Assembly (NCBI GenBank): GCA_036339735.1
Contig: JAYZAL010000064.1
Location: forward strand, 32,001 to 96,000
Source: Candidatus Poribacteria bacterium
GTDB taxonomy: Bacteria; Poribacteria; WGA-4E; UBA9662
Direction: 5' to 3'
DNA length: 64,000 nt
In this document: one piece after another, positions 36,117 to 46,316 of the stretch
Layout: each line of letters starts with the position of its first letter
Numbering within the stretch: the first letter of the stretch is position 1
The notes under the pieces: model-generated
Seen by the model: only the letters and a program-made list of their open reading frames with translations
What the model was told of the DNA's origin: nothing
The model's database searches: none
Position numbers and translations under genes: made by a program

Positions 36117-38990
36117 TTATTTTTTGCCTATCGGAAGTATTCTAAATGACATCTGTTCCCCTCCACGATTAACAACGATTGTGGTTCCTTTCCCAATTTT
36201 CAGACTATCTACCGCGTAAGTATAATGATAAACATGCGTTATCCGACGGCCAGCTAATTCAACAATCACATCTCCATTTTTAATTCCAGCTCTCTCTGCT
36301 GGGCTGCCAATATGAACTCTTGATACCTTGATGCCGACCACATCGTTTGCGCTGTAATTCATGGACATACCCAATTCGATATGGAGTATATCTAGATCGC
36401 TAACAAATGCTAGATTACCCTTTACTTCTGTATAGGGCAATCTAGCGTTTAAATCAGCTAAATCAGATATTATGTCAGCCGAAAATTGACTTATGCGTTG
36501 CAACCCCCCGTAATTCAGAGTTTCTGAATCATCTTCAGGTCGGTTATAGTTTTGGTGACCACCAGTAAAAAGGTTAATTACTGGAATCTTTCGTGTATAA
36601 AAGGTGACTGCGTCGGTTGGCAGATATGGATTATCAGATAAAGTTAATTGAAAAGCGGCTTTATCATTGTGTTTTTTGATCAATTGAGTCCAGTGAGGCG
36701 AGGATCCTACTCCCTGTAACAACAGCCGATCGTTTCTTAATTTACCCACCATATCGAGATTAATATAAGCAACAATTTTGCTAAGATCAATCAAGGGATT
36801 CTCGGCAAAATGTGTGGAACCGATGAAACCCAACTCCTCTCCAGACCAGAATGAGAAGAGAATACCACGTTTTTGATTTCCAGACATAGCATGTGCAATT
36901 TCTAATACAGCAGCAGTTCCAGAAGCATTATCATCGGCACCATTATGAATATCTCCTTCTTTTTCATTTTTAGTTAAAGTACGAAAATCACCTTTACCAA
37001 TGTGGTCGTAATGAGCACCGACCATAACATATTCATCAATTTGACCTGGTAAAAGACCAATCACGTTTTGGTCCTTACCAATAATTCGATCAACATTCGT
37101 ACTGATTTTCACCCTCAAACCGGGGATCTCAAAGTGTGTAGCCGCAGATGGTCTTTCAATCTCTATCTGTTGCTGGACCGATTTTATGTTTTTGCCAGCC
37201 AAAGCAAACATGTGATTGGCTACCTGACCGTTAATCGAGACAGACACAATTCCCGAAGTTAGATTGGTATCAAATTCCAGCGGAACTAACGTGCCAGAAT
37301 CGGGGGAAATCGGTCCAGTGGCCACAAGAAGAGCCTTAGCACCTTGTTTACGAGCAACCATAGCTTTATAAGGCAGGCTCATATATTGATTGAGTTGCTG
37401 GTGTCGTCCTATGCTGACTGACTTTGGAGCGTAACGGAAAATCAACACAATTTTCCCTCTCACATCCAGATCTTGATAGGAATTAAAGCCTTCTTCAGGA
37501 GCCAGTAGACCATAACCGGCAAAAACGACCTCACCGGATACAGTTCGATTCGCAGTAAACGAAAGTGGCTGGTAACTGATACCTGTTGTTAGTCGATCAA
37601 CAGAATTTGCCAAATGAAGTTCGAAAAAGTTATTACTTGGGGTAACTTTAACCCCGGAGGTAAATTCGAAAGGCTGAAGAAAACTGTCAGAAAGCGGTTG
37701 TAATCCGATTTGTTTCAAGTATTCACTGATATATTCAGCTGCTTTTTGAGTTCCAGCCGTCCCTGTCATTCGCCCTGCTAAATTGTCACTGGCCAGAAAT
37801 TTAACCTGAGATAGAAGATCAGATTCCGTAATGTTCGGTTGAAAAGAATGTGGTGATTCTTTAGTCGAATTCAACAGAGCCCGTCGAGCCGATCGATGAT
37901 TCCAATCGGCGAGAAACAGCTGTGATTCTCCACTATTGGTTCGGTTACTAGTCCAACAAAGTTTATTACCTTCAGGGGAAAAAACGGGCAATCCATCGAA
38001 TCGTTGGTTATATGTGACTCGAACTGGTTGACGTTGACCTTCAGTATCAACTAAGAAAAGTTCAAAGTTGGCAAAACTCAGTTTATTACTCGCAAAAATT
38101 ATGTATTCTCCAGAAGGATGAAAATACGGAGCCCAAGACATAGATTCAAAACGAGTGACCTGTTGTTGATTTTTCCCGTCCAGATCCATGGTAAAAATAT
38201 CGGAGGTCAGTCCTTCATAGTCAAAACGTTGCCAAATAATTTTCTTACCATCCGGAGAAAAAAATGGCCCACCATCATAACCCGGTTGATACGTTAATCT
38301 TTGCACCTTCGACCCGTCGTATCTCATTAAATATATTTCACCGAAATAAGATGGATTGACTTTGAATCGTTTTTGGTTTTCCTCTGAGAGCTGATCGATA
38401 GGATAAGCAGAACGAAAGGAGCAAAAAACAATGTGTTCCCCATTTGGGGAATAAGTACCTTGTGCATCATATCCAACATGATTGGTTAATCGGCGGAGTT
38501 CTTGTCCAGATCTATTGGCCGTATAAATCTCCATATTTTCATCATATACTGAGCTGTATTTTCTTTCCCAGAAAGAACTATGCAGTTTAGCTTCTGCCCC
38601 CTGATCTTCAGCTGTTTGTGAATCATGATGGTTTGAAGCAAATAAAATGCGACTGCCCGTAGGATGAAAAAAAGCACACGTCGCTTTACCCTTTCCGGTC
38701 GAAATCCGATGGTACTTATCGGTTTTCAAATCCAGAGTATAAATTTGGGAAAATGGATTATCAACTTCCCTTTCGCTCTGGAAAACCAACTGTTGTCCAC
38801 TAGTAGAAAAGTATCCTTCTCCTGCCTGTCCTGTATGAGAGGTTAATTGGCAGGTACGACGTAGAAAACTATTTTCCATCCCTTGAACTGGGATTAACAC
38901 TAGGCAGGTTAGTACCACGTGAAAAGCTACAAGGGGAGATTGCCTGTTGAACCTAAATTTGATTTCAGTATCAAACCCCAAAAACAGCAA
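36117..38990 (-). CDS. M28 family peptidase with N-terminal TolB-like (PD40) repeats, PA domain and C-terminal PDZ
   Basis: GYDGGPFFSPDG and WAPYFHPSG repeats; VVFAGYG..DVRGKIV (PA); GAHYDH, GADDNASG, SGEELG, NLDMVG; SPAERAGIK.GD. Start uncertain. Confidence 0.9.
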   Translation of the reverse strand: MLFLGFDTEIKFRFNRQSPLVAFHVVLTCLVLIPVQGMENSFLRRTCQLTSHTGQAGEGYFSTSGQQLVFQSEREVDNPFSQIYTLDLKTDKYHRISTGKGKATCAFFHPTGSRILFASNHHDSQTAEDQGAEAKLHSSFWERKYSSVYDENMEIYTANRSGQELRRLTNHVGYDAQGTYSPNGEHIVFCSFRSAYPIDQLSEENQKRFKVNPSYFGEIYLMRYDGSKVQRLTYQPGYDGGPFFSPDGKKIIWQRFDYEGLTSDIFTMDLDGKNQQQVTRFESMSWAPYFHPSGEYIIFASNKLSFANFELFLVDTEGQRQPVRVTYNQRFDGLPVFSPEGNKLCWTSNRTNSGESQLFLADWNHRSARRALLNSTKESPHSFQPNITESDLLSQVKFLASDNLAGRMTGTAGTQKAAEYISEYLKQIGLQPLSDSFLQPFEFTSGVKVTPSNNFFELHLANSVDRLTTGISYQPLSFTANRTVSGEVVFAGYGLLAPEEGFNSYQDLDVRGKIVLIFRYAPKSVSIGRHQQLNQYMSLPYKAMVARKQGAKALLVATGPISPDSGTLVPLEFDTNLTSGIVSVSINGQVANHMFALAGKNIKSVQQQIEIERPSAATHFEIPGLRVKISTNVDRIIGKDQNVIGLLPGQIDEYVMVGAHYDHIGKGDFRTLTKNEKEGDIHNGADDNASGTAAVLEIAHAMSGNQKRGILFSFWSGEELGFIGSTHFAENPLIDLSKIVAYINLDMVGKLRNDRLLLQGVGSSPHWTQLIKKHNDKAAFQLTLSDNPYLPTDAVTFYTRKIPVINLFTGGHQNYNRPEDDSETLNYGGLQRISQFSADIISDLADLNARLPYTEVKGNLAFVSDLDILHIELGMSMNYSANDVVGIKVSRVHIGSPAERAGIKNGDVIVELAGRRITHVYHYTYAVDSLKIGKGTTIVVNRGGEQMSFRILPIGKK

Positions 38991-39145
38991 ACTAATATTA
39001 GCAGGACAGCGTATGATCCTTTCACCCTGTATTCATCACATTAATACCATCTTTAAAACCGATTTTTTTGCTAAAAAACCGGATCTTGTAGGGAAAGTTA
39101 AACATCAAACAAGTATGTTACAGCTTAACCATGAGTACTCGACTT

Positions 39146-39907
39146 TTACCATTGGGCAAACTCAGTTAAAAAATCAACTACCTCAGCACAAATAGCAGTC
39201 AACAATGACTCACCCTTTTCAGCTGTTGCAGCTTGCGGTTGTCCCATAGCACCAGTCGGAGTAGATGTTGCCATGCGTTTCGCTACATTAACACGACCTA
39301 GATTTTCACTATGATAGTAAGCTGAATCAACTAGTGGTGGGCTTGCAGTCACACGATCCATTCGCATTAGCTCACCTTTCAAGTACAACATCATTGAGGT
39401 TTCGTACTCACCTGCATGTGACAACTGAAGGCTTGCCATTCCATGTTGATCGGCTGACATGACAGGGGATGCTAAGGTCCAGTATGATGATAAGGCCAAC
39501 CACATCTCGTTATATCGATCTGACTCATTGACTAATTCAGTGATTGCCTGCGTTCCTGGTGTTACATTACCACCATGCCCGTTTAATAAAAATACTCTTT
39601 GAAATCCAGCCATAGCAATTGACCGGACTACATTCTTGATCACCTCGGTATACAGACTGTTAGGGATACTGATAGTACCGGGCAAATCAAGGTGATGGTC
39701 GGATGCTCCTAGCCACAAAGTTGGTAAAAGATAAACCTGATCTGCCAATTTGGCCTCTACTCGTTCAGCAACGGCCGATACTAGATACGTATCAGTAAAT
39801 AGGGGCGAATGGTGCCCATGTTGCTCAAATGACCCAAGTGGTAAAACGACCACTTTATCTTTGTCCATCGCTTCTACATCAACCCAACATTGATTACCAA
39901 ATATCAT
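39146..39907 (-). CDS. creatininase/MftE-family amidohydrolase
   Basis: LPLGSFEQHG.H.P..TD, GASDHH..PGT, NGHGGN, HAGEYETS. Confidence 0.92.
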   Translation of the reverse strand: MIFGNQCWVDVEAMDKDKVVVLPLGSFEQHGHHSPLFTDTYLVSAVAERVEAKLADQVYLLPTLWLGASDHHLDLPGTISIPNSLYTEVIKNVVRSIAMAGFQRVFLLNGHGGNVTPGTQAITELVNESDRYNEMWLALSSYWTLASPVMSADQHGMASLQLSHAGEYETSMMLYLKGELMRMDRVTASPPLVDSAYYHSENLGRVNVAKRMATSTPTGAMGQPQAATAEKGESLLTAICAEVVDFLTEFAQW

Positions 39908-39982
39908 GATTTGCTCCTATTTTTTTCTTTTGTTTTAAATTTCATAAATCCACCTCCAGTTCAGAAGGGAACCTACTCTTTA

Positions 39983-40870
39983 TTAACTCTTAAATGCCTG
40001 ATTCCAATCTGAGTGGGACTGGGCTACACTCTCTGGTGTCTGATGACTTCGGGCTACAAATCCAGGGACATTCCGACGCCCCGTGGGTAAACCAATTTGA
40101 CTATAGCGAGTATCGATACTCCATCTGACCATATTGGACCGATTTGGCAATCCTCTATGTACTAAACGTTCGGTACTCAAAAGTACATCACCAACTGACA
40201 TTTCTGCCGTTATAATCTTACCAGTTGGCAGGTGGTCGTCAGCTATGCCTATGTTACCAGTATGGCCGGGTGTTAAGTCTTGCTGTCCGTGTGGAAACAA
40301 GCCAAACTTATGAGATCCTTGAATTAACTGTAAGCATCCATTTTCAACGCTAGTCGATACCAAAGGGATCCAAGCATTAACCACCATGGTATCTGCAGCT
40401 TCACTGGGAATTAGGTAAGCGAGATCTTGGTGCCATGGAATGACAGTGACCTGCTGATCTGGTAGTTTTGCCCGAAAATTGAATTGTGGGTGAGCAAAAA
40501 TTTCTGGCCCAATGATTGATTCAATCGCATCTAGCAGTGGGCCAGCTGTACGAACAGAAAACATACCTTCAGTTCTCGGTTTCTGATCCCGGAAAAAATT
40601 GTTCCAAATCCAACCGGGTTCCGAACAAGCAGCAGAAGCATACACCAGTCGGGTAGCAAAAGTCGCCTCAGTGAACGTTTGGTCAACCGATAACAGTCCC
40701 ATAGAAATGGCTGACTGAATCCCTACCTCCACCTTGTCGGATAACTCATTAATGATTGGTCGCAAGTCATACGAAGACAGCATTTTTTTAACAATTAAAA
40801 ACCCATCTTCTTGAAACTGCTCTTTTTGCTTGAGTGTTAAGGATTGGCTTAACTTATTTACGTTTGGCAT
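39983..40870 (-). CDS. PhyH-family dioxygenase
   Basis: QFQEDGF, PWHQD, NAWIPL...ENGCLQ.I.GSH, LVHRG.PN.S..RWS.D.R. Confidence 0.9.
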   Translation of the reverse strand: MPNVNKLSQSLTLKQKEQFQEDGFLIVKKMLSSYDLRPIINELSDKVEVGIQSAISMGLLSVDQTFTEATFATRLVYASAACSEPGWIWNNFFRDQKPRTEGMFSVRTAGPLLDAIESIIGPEIFAHPQFNFRAKLPDQQVTVIPWHQDLAYLIPSEAADTMVVNAWIPLVSTSVENGCLQLIQGSHKFGLFPHGQQDLTPGHTGNIGIADDHLPTGKIITAEMSVGDVLLSTERLVHRGLPNRSNMVRWSIDTRYSQIGLPTGRRNVPGFVARSHQTPESVAQSHSDWNQAFKS

Positions 40871-40906
40871 TCGTATTTACCTACAATCATTACTCATCAA
40901 CTTTAC

Positions 40907-40934
40907 ATTGTACTACATTATTCTCACTCGTCAA
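40907..40934 (-). promoter_or_regulatory. sigma70-type promoter for the PhyH-creatininase pair
   Basis: Minus strand TTGACG-16 nt-TACAAT. Confidence 0.6.
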
Positions 40935-40953
40935 TCTTGAGCCGAATCTCTCG

Positions 40954-40982
40954 TTGCTATCGCCGTTCTGAGTTGGTAGAAT
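40954..40982 (+). promoter_or_regulatory. sigma70-type extended -10 promoter, 8 nt before the ATG at 40991
   Basis: TTGCTA-17 nt-TAGAAT with TG extension. Confidence 0.6.
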
Positions 40983-40990
40983 GGTAAAGT

Positions 40991-41380
40991 ATGAAAACAC
41001 TTAGCACACAAATCGAGCAATGGATTCATTCGGCTCAAGAGAAAATTGATAATGGTGGTCTTTGCCAAACAGACCTAGATCATCTGTCATCCATCCTTTT
41101 GTCTCAGCATATTCGACAACGAATACTCTACATTCATGCTGTAACACCAAGCATCCGGTCCCAGTTGATCGCGATGAGCCTACATGAGCCGATCAAAGAT
41201 CAGATAACAGAAATTGACCCTGACTATGGTGAATGGCCATATCGATCGGTACATGACGCGGTTTTAGATGGGTGGCAGATTGTACAGTTTCCGGATCAAC
41301 GAGCTAATTTTGACGACCGAGAAATTGACATTCTTGGATATGAATTTATCCTTCAAAAGCTAGAGGCTTACTATGAGTAA
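40991..41380 (+). CDS. small hypothetical protein coupled to a PhyH gene
   Basis: RQRILYIH...PY.SV.DA..DGWQIVQFP...YEFILQK; overlaps the next gene by 8 nt. Confidence 0.7.
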   Translation: MKTLSTQIEQWIHSAQEKIDNGGLCQTDLDHLSSILLSQHIRQRILYIHAVTPSIRSQLIAMSLHEPIKDQITEIDPDYGEWPYRSVHDAVLDGWQIVQFPDQRANFDDREIDILGYEFILQKLEAYYE

Positions 41381-42158
41381 TATCAAACCAAGTAGTGAAG
41401 TACAAGAGTGCAACTTTGTGGACTATCTGTTGACTGATGAAGAAATGATTACCTTTATTATCCATGGATATCATATAGTTGAAACCGATTTCACTTCGGA
41501 GTTTAACCAGTCAATATACGATGAGATAGAACAATTAGATGGAAACCCTGGTGACGGGATTTTGGATGCAGTTCCCAAATTGTATCAGGTCTATCAACAC
41601 CCGAAAGTCAATGGTGCCTTGGCAAGTCTATTAGGGCATCATTATGAGATGAGTGGACACCGACACTGTCATGTTAACCCAGTCGGATCTCGCAGTCAGG
41701 GATGGCATCAAGATGGCGTAAATCAGCGCCATCACCAAATTCAAACCGTATTAGCAATGTATTACCCACAAGATGTAAACTCTGATATGGGACCAACAGT
41801 AGTTGTTCCGGGAACACATTTCCGAAATGCTCCTACCGACCAGATGGCAACCTATACCAACTTTCGGCATCAGTTGCCCTTAACTGTTAAAGCAGGTACA
41901 GTAGCCATCACCCATTATGATATTTGGCACGCCGCTAGTCGAAATAAAGGCGATAGAACTCGATACATGCTTAAGTTTCTGTTCAATCGCACAGATGACC
42001 CAGACCAGCCTTGGTGGAATCATGATCCGGTGATAGCGAAAAGAGAAATCCATCGATTAGATTCGGAACGCGCGGGAGCTTGCTCCCAGTCCGATCATTA
42101 CAAAGAGCGAGGTTTAAGAAGACAAATGTGGCTTCACTTGTTAGGTCGAAAGTCCTGA
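41373..42158 (+). CDS. PhyH-family dioxygenase
   Basis: WHQD, MYYPQD...MGPT.VVPGTH, AGTV...HYDIWHA, RYMLKF. Confidence 0.88.
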   Translation: MSNIKPSSEVQECNFVDYLLTDEEMITFIIHGYHIVETDFTSEFNQSIYDEIEQLDGNPGDGILDAVPKLYQVYQHPKVNGALASLLGHHYEMSGHRHCHVNPVGSRSQGWHQDGVNQRHHQIQTVLAMYYPQDVNSDMGPTVVVPGTHFRNAPTDQMATYTNFRHQLPLTVKAGTVAITHYDIWHAASRNKGDRTRYMLKFLFNRTDDPDQPWWNHDPVIAKREIHRLDSERAGACSQSDHYKERGLRRQMWLHLLGRKS

Positions 42159-42181
42159 AGACGAAAGGTGTGAATAAGTAG

Positions 42182-44062
42182 ATGTCTGATTTTCTACACC
42201 AGATCGAACGTCGCATATTGATTGGAGATGGTGGGCTTGGGACTCAGCTTCGCCTCCGATTACCATCGAATATACGATGTTTAGATGCCTGCAATATTGA
42301 TCCTACTTTCAGAAATTTTGTCTATGAGATTCATGCAGATTATGGGCGTGCAGGTGCGGATATTATACAAACCAATACCTACGGAGCCAATCAACTAAAA
42401 CTAGATCTACAAGGATATGGTAATCAGCTAGAATCCATCAATCATGCTGGAGTACAGTTGGCATCCCAAGCCGCAACCGAGATTAGTTCATCACAAAACA
42501 GACAAGTTTTTGTGGCTGGATCGGTTGGGCCATTGGAAAGTAATCCTCTAGAAGATGAGTTGTCTATAACAGAAATCCGTCAGGCCTTTACTGCTCAAAT
42601 GGAAGTGCTTGTTTCTGCAGGAGTTGATCTTCTAATATTAGAAACCTTCACAGAGCTACGACAAACAAAAATAGCTACCAAATTAGCGGTCAAGTTTGGG
42701 TTGCCTGTGATAGTACAAATCAGTGGAATCTCAAAAGGGATTGTGAGCGATGGAACCGACGTACGAGTTTTTGCCCAAACATTATGCCAATTGGGCGCCA
42801 ACGTTATTGGTTTAAACTGTCGCGGCCCACATGATTTGCTGCTTGCAGCTGAAAAAATAGCGCGGGTTACAGATACGCCACTTAGTGTGCAACCTAACGC
42901 AGGAACTCCAAGAATTGATCAGGGTAAAATCCGTACCACATACAGTGTTTCTCCGGACCATTTTTCTGGATTTATAAAGAGATTTCTGAGTCTAGGGATT
43001 AACATAATTGGTGGTTGTTGTGGTACTACATCAGAACACATTAGCGTAATTCGGGAAAACATCGCCGATTACGTGCCGACTCGGCGTCAGACCCAGATTT
43101 TCGTTTTTCCCGATAATCAGAAGTCAAGTAAAAGCAACATTTCACCTAATCCTGTTAGGCAAATTTTTGAAACTAATGATCGTATAGTCAGTGTAGAAAT
43201 GCGTGCTAATACTTTTCCTCAACTAAGAGCTATGGTTAAAGCTTCCAAAAATCTGGCTGACTTGGGGGTTGATTTATTTGATGTTCCAGATAACGCTGGG
43301 GCTACGGTTAATATAGGCGCTATCGGTACAGCTTTTAAGTTACAGCAAGCTAGTAACATCCCTACACTTATTCATTGGACTACTCGCCAGCGTAACCTGA
43401 TTAGCATTCAGTCCCACTTATTGGAAGCTTGGGCATTAGGTATTAAGGGGATCATAGCTTTATCTGGAGATCACCCTAAAGTTGGTCGATTTGAGACTGC
43501 TAAGATCGTTACTGACGTACGAGGTTCCGTTCAGTTGATGGAATTGCTAAAACGATTGAATCAAGGCACCTTGATTGATAGTACCTCGTTAGGAGAGGCT
43601 TGTGATTTTTATGTTGGTGGTGGTTTTACTATTACCAAAAACCTCAAGCCGCAGTTGAAGCATCTGCGTCGAAAAGTCGAGCGGGGTGCAAAATTTATCT
43701 ATACCCAACCTGTATACGATTTAAGTACGGCCGAAGACATTTACCAGTCTGTTAAGAACGAGGGGTTCGAGACTAAAATCCTTCTTGGTATTTTACCAAT
43801 CACTAGCTTCCGTAGTATATCTTTTTTACAAGATAATTTGGGAATGTATATTCCCTCGACAGTGGTTAAAAAATTCCAAGATATTAATAATCCTGAAGAC
43901 CAATTTCTCTATGGTCTATCGATAGCTACAGATTTAGTTTCTCAGCTCAGTGAGCAAAATCGTTTTTCGGTTGATGGTATTTACATAATACCACCTTCCC
44001 GAATCAATTGGGCTAAGAAACAAGCAACTATCACTCAATTAGTTCAATCATTCAGAAAATAG
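42182..44062 (+). CDS. yitJ: bifunctional homocysteine S-methyltransferase / methylenetetrahydrofolate reductase (YitJ-like)
   Basis: DGGLGT, AGADIIQTNTYGAN, GLNC, PNAG.P, IGGCCGT (HMT); C-terminal MTHFR-like ALSGD, GAKFIYTQP, GILPI. Confidence 0.88.
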   Translation: MSDFLHQIERRILIGDGGLGTQLRLRLPSNIRCLDACNIDPTFRNFVYEIHADYGRAGADIIQTNTYGANQLKLDLQGYGNQLESINHAGVQLASQAATEISSSQNRQVFVAGSVGPLESNPLEDELSITEIRQAFTAQMEVLVSAGVDLLILETFTELRQTKIATKLAVKFGLPVIVQISGISKGIVSDGTDVRVFAQTLCQLGANVIGLNCRGPHDLLLAAEKIARVTDTPLSVQPNAGTPRIDQGKIRTTYSVSPDHFSGFIKRFLSLGINIIGGCCGTTSEHISVIRENIADYVPTRRQTQIFVFPDNQKSSKSNISPNPVRQIFETNDRIVSVEMRANTFPQLRAMVKASKNLADLGVDLFDVPDNAGATVNIGAIGTAFKLQQASNIPTLIHWTTRQRNLISIQSHLLEAWALGIKGIIALSGDHPKVGRFETAKIVTDVRGSVQLMELLKRLNQGTLIDSTSLGEACDFYVGGGFTITKNLKPQLKHLRRKVERGAKFIYTQPVYDLSTAEDIYQSVKNEGFETKILLGILPITSFRSISFLQDNLGMYIPSTVVKKFQDINNPEDQFLYGLSIATDLVSQLSEQNRFSVDGIYIIPPSRINWAKKQATITQLVQSFRK

Positions 44063-44183
44063 AAGACACTGGGAAAGTGAGCAAATGAAAATTGATCTGC
44101 TATCTAAAATCGATTATACTGCCGGTCAATTGATAGGAATCGTAGTTAACAAATGTCATCAGATCAATGAAAGGTAAATAAAA

Positions 44184-45233
44184 ATGGGAACACTGAATGG
44201 TATTGACCTGAAACAATTAGTCTGTAACGATCAATTTAACCCACGATGGGAATCATATGAACTTAAAGCACTTGGTCCTAAAGAGGTTCGAGTGCAAAGC
44301 CAACTAACAGCAGCTAAACATGGAACTGAACATTCGGAGTTATTAGGTAAGGCTATTTACATTGAATCACCTTATCTCGGTGATAAAAAAATCTTTGATC
44401 GTTCTACGGTTAATAAGCCCGACACCTCTCGATGGAGCGGAGTTGGTAATACGACGGTTGGGCTTGTTATTGAAACTGGGGCTGAAGTTGAAGGGATCAA
44501 AGTTGGAGATCAGGTTTGGGGGTATGGCGGCTTTCGTTCTATCCATCAAGGCAGCCACTTTCGCTTAATGGCTGATGGTTTTACGCCTGAAGCAGCCTGT
44601 TGTATGGATCCTGCTAACTTCGCATTGGCCGCAGTTAGGGACGGAAACGTACGAGTTGGTGAAAAGGTCATTATATTCGGTATGGGTGCTATTGGTTTAT
44701 TCACCGTCCAGCTAGCCCGTTTGTCTGGCGCTACTGATGTAATTGCTGTCGATCCTATTCAAAACCGAAGGGAATTGGCACTCAAACACGGTGCGACACT
44801 GGCGGTAGATCCTGACCAAGTGGATGATTTCGCCCTAGCTTCAAGAGATTGGTTAGGTGATGGTGCTGATGTAACAATCGAAGCCAGTGGTAATTATCAC
44901 GCTCTTAACCAATCTATTCGAGCTACGCGTTATGCTGGTAATGTGGTGCCACTAGCTTTCTATAGTGGCGAATCGAAAGGCCTGAATTTAGGTGAAGAAT
45001 TTCATTTCAACCAGATCAACATTATTTCAGCTCGTGCGTGCAGCCACCCGCAGCGTGATCTCTACTGGAGTGAGAGCCGTATTTTCGATATCCTGATCCA
45101 ATTATTTAGCAAAGGTCATCTAGTCCCACACGGTTTACCTTCGCCCATTGTACTACCAGAAGAATTACCCTCCGCTTACGGTCAGATTTTCCACAACCCG
45201 AGAGAGGTTATTAAGGTCGCAGTTCGCTGGTGA
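44184..45233 (+). CDS. MDR-family (zinc-binding ADH-like) dehydrogenase
   Basis: HGTE motif, GMGAIG Rossmann motif, AVDP..RR, D..IEASG. Confidence 0.85.
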   Translation: MGTLNGIDLKQLVCNDQFNPRWESYELKALGPKEVRVQSQLTAAKHGTEHSELLGKAIYIESPYLGDKKIFDRSTVNKPDTSRWSGVGNTTVGLVIETGAEVEGIKVGDQVWGYGGFRSIHQGSHFRLMADGFTPEAACCMDPANFALAAVRDGNVRVGEKVIIFGMGAIGLFTVQLARLSGATDVIAVDPIQNRRELALKHGATLAVDPDQVDDFALASRDWLGDGADVTIEASGNYHALNQSIRATRYAGNVVPLAFYSGESKGLNLGEEFHFNQINIISARACSHPQRDLYWSESRIFDILIQLFSKGHLVPHGLPSPIVLPEELPSAYGQIFHNPREVIKVAVRW

Positions 45234-45276
45234 ATAACATAGTTAGATATTAATTTTTGACAAGGAATTTGACCAA

Positions 45277-46293
45277 ATGGATTACCAAAAAACGTTAGCA
45301 GAACTCGAGAATTTAGTAGTTGAAACATATGGGCTGTGGGACCACAATCGAGTTGGTTTTCAATGGAGGCATTATACTTGGAACCATACTAAGCGAGTGC
45401 GAGCTATGGGTATGGAGTTAGGTCGTAAAGTCGGTGGGGACATTCAGAAGCTAGAAGTTGCAGGTACACTCCATGACATCACCAAGCGCTATGATGGTGA
45501 AATCTTGCATGATGAGAATGGTAAGCGAGTAACTAGTTCTCAGGGGTTTTGGTTGAATGAAAAGATAAAACCTGTGCGACAGAACATTATCACTGAACTC
45601 TATGAACAATACGATCTCTACGAAACAGTTCACCATGACTCGGGAGCTACTATTTCTGAAAAAATCCTGGTTGACTTTGGTTTCGATAAAGAGTTTGTTG
45701 AAGCGGTACGTTCGATTGTCTTTGCTCACCTAAAACCTATCAATATGACTCCGTCAGACTTCGATATCCTGTATAAAAATATCGAAAACCAGATTTTATA
45801 TGATGCAGATACTATGGATCCCAATGTAGGTTACACTAGCTTCTTCCGTAACATCCATATTCACGCCCATTTTGCCATACAGCGTAATGGGAAGTTTGAA
45901 CTAGGAAGTTATGTTGAAGGATTACCCAAATTTGTAGACTCAAAAGACGGCTTTGTCGACCAACTCTTAACTGACGTAGCGATAGAAGTTGCCACCAATC
46001 GTCAAACCAGAACTCGTCAACTTGCAGCTGAAATGAATTTTGAACTAGATAATTTGGAAATCAACCGCCAGTACGGTTTGTTAGGTGTAATAGAATATTT
46101 CGTTAGTGAAGTAGAAGACCCAGACTTTGCTTACCAGCTCAATTACTTGCAAAAGGAGTGGATACCGAAGCGCCAGGAATGGATAGCTGACAGAAAGATG
46201 TCCAGATTGGAACGGGACGATGCTGAGTTGGCCATAGGTCGCGTCATTAGTTTTACTGACAGCTTGGAGTCAGAATACAAAGGTATCATTTAG
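45277..46293 (+). CDS. HD-domain metal-dependent phosphohydrolase
   Basis: NHTKRV, LHDITK, HH..GA, AH, LYDADT.D. Confidence 0.85.
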   Translation: MDYQKTLAELENLVVETYGLWDHNRVGFQWRHYTWNHTKRVRAMGMELGRKVGGDIQKLEVAGTLHDITKRYDGEILHDENGKRVTSSQGFWLNEKIKPVRQNIITELYEQYDLYETVHHDSGATISEKILVDFGFDKEFVEAVRSIVFAHLKPINMTPSDFDILYKNIENQILYDADTMDPNVGYTSFFRNIHIHAHFAIQRNGKFELGSYVEGLPKFVDSKDGFVDQLLTDVAIEVATNRQTRTRQLAAEMNFELDNLEINRQYGLLGVIEYFVSEVEDPDFAYQLNYLQKEWIPKRQEWIADRKMSRLERDDAELAIGRVISFTDSLESEYKGII

Positions 46294-46316
46294 TTCATTT
46301 TTGATTTGAGATATTC

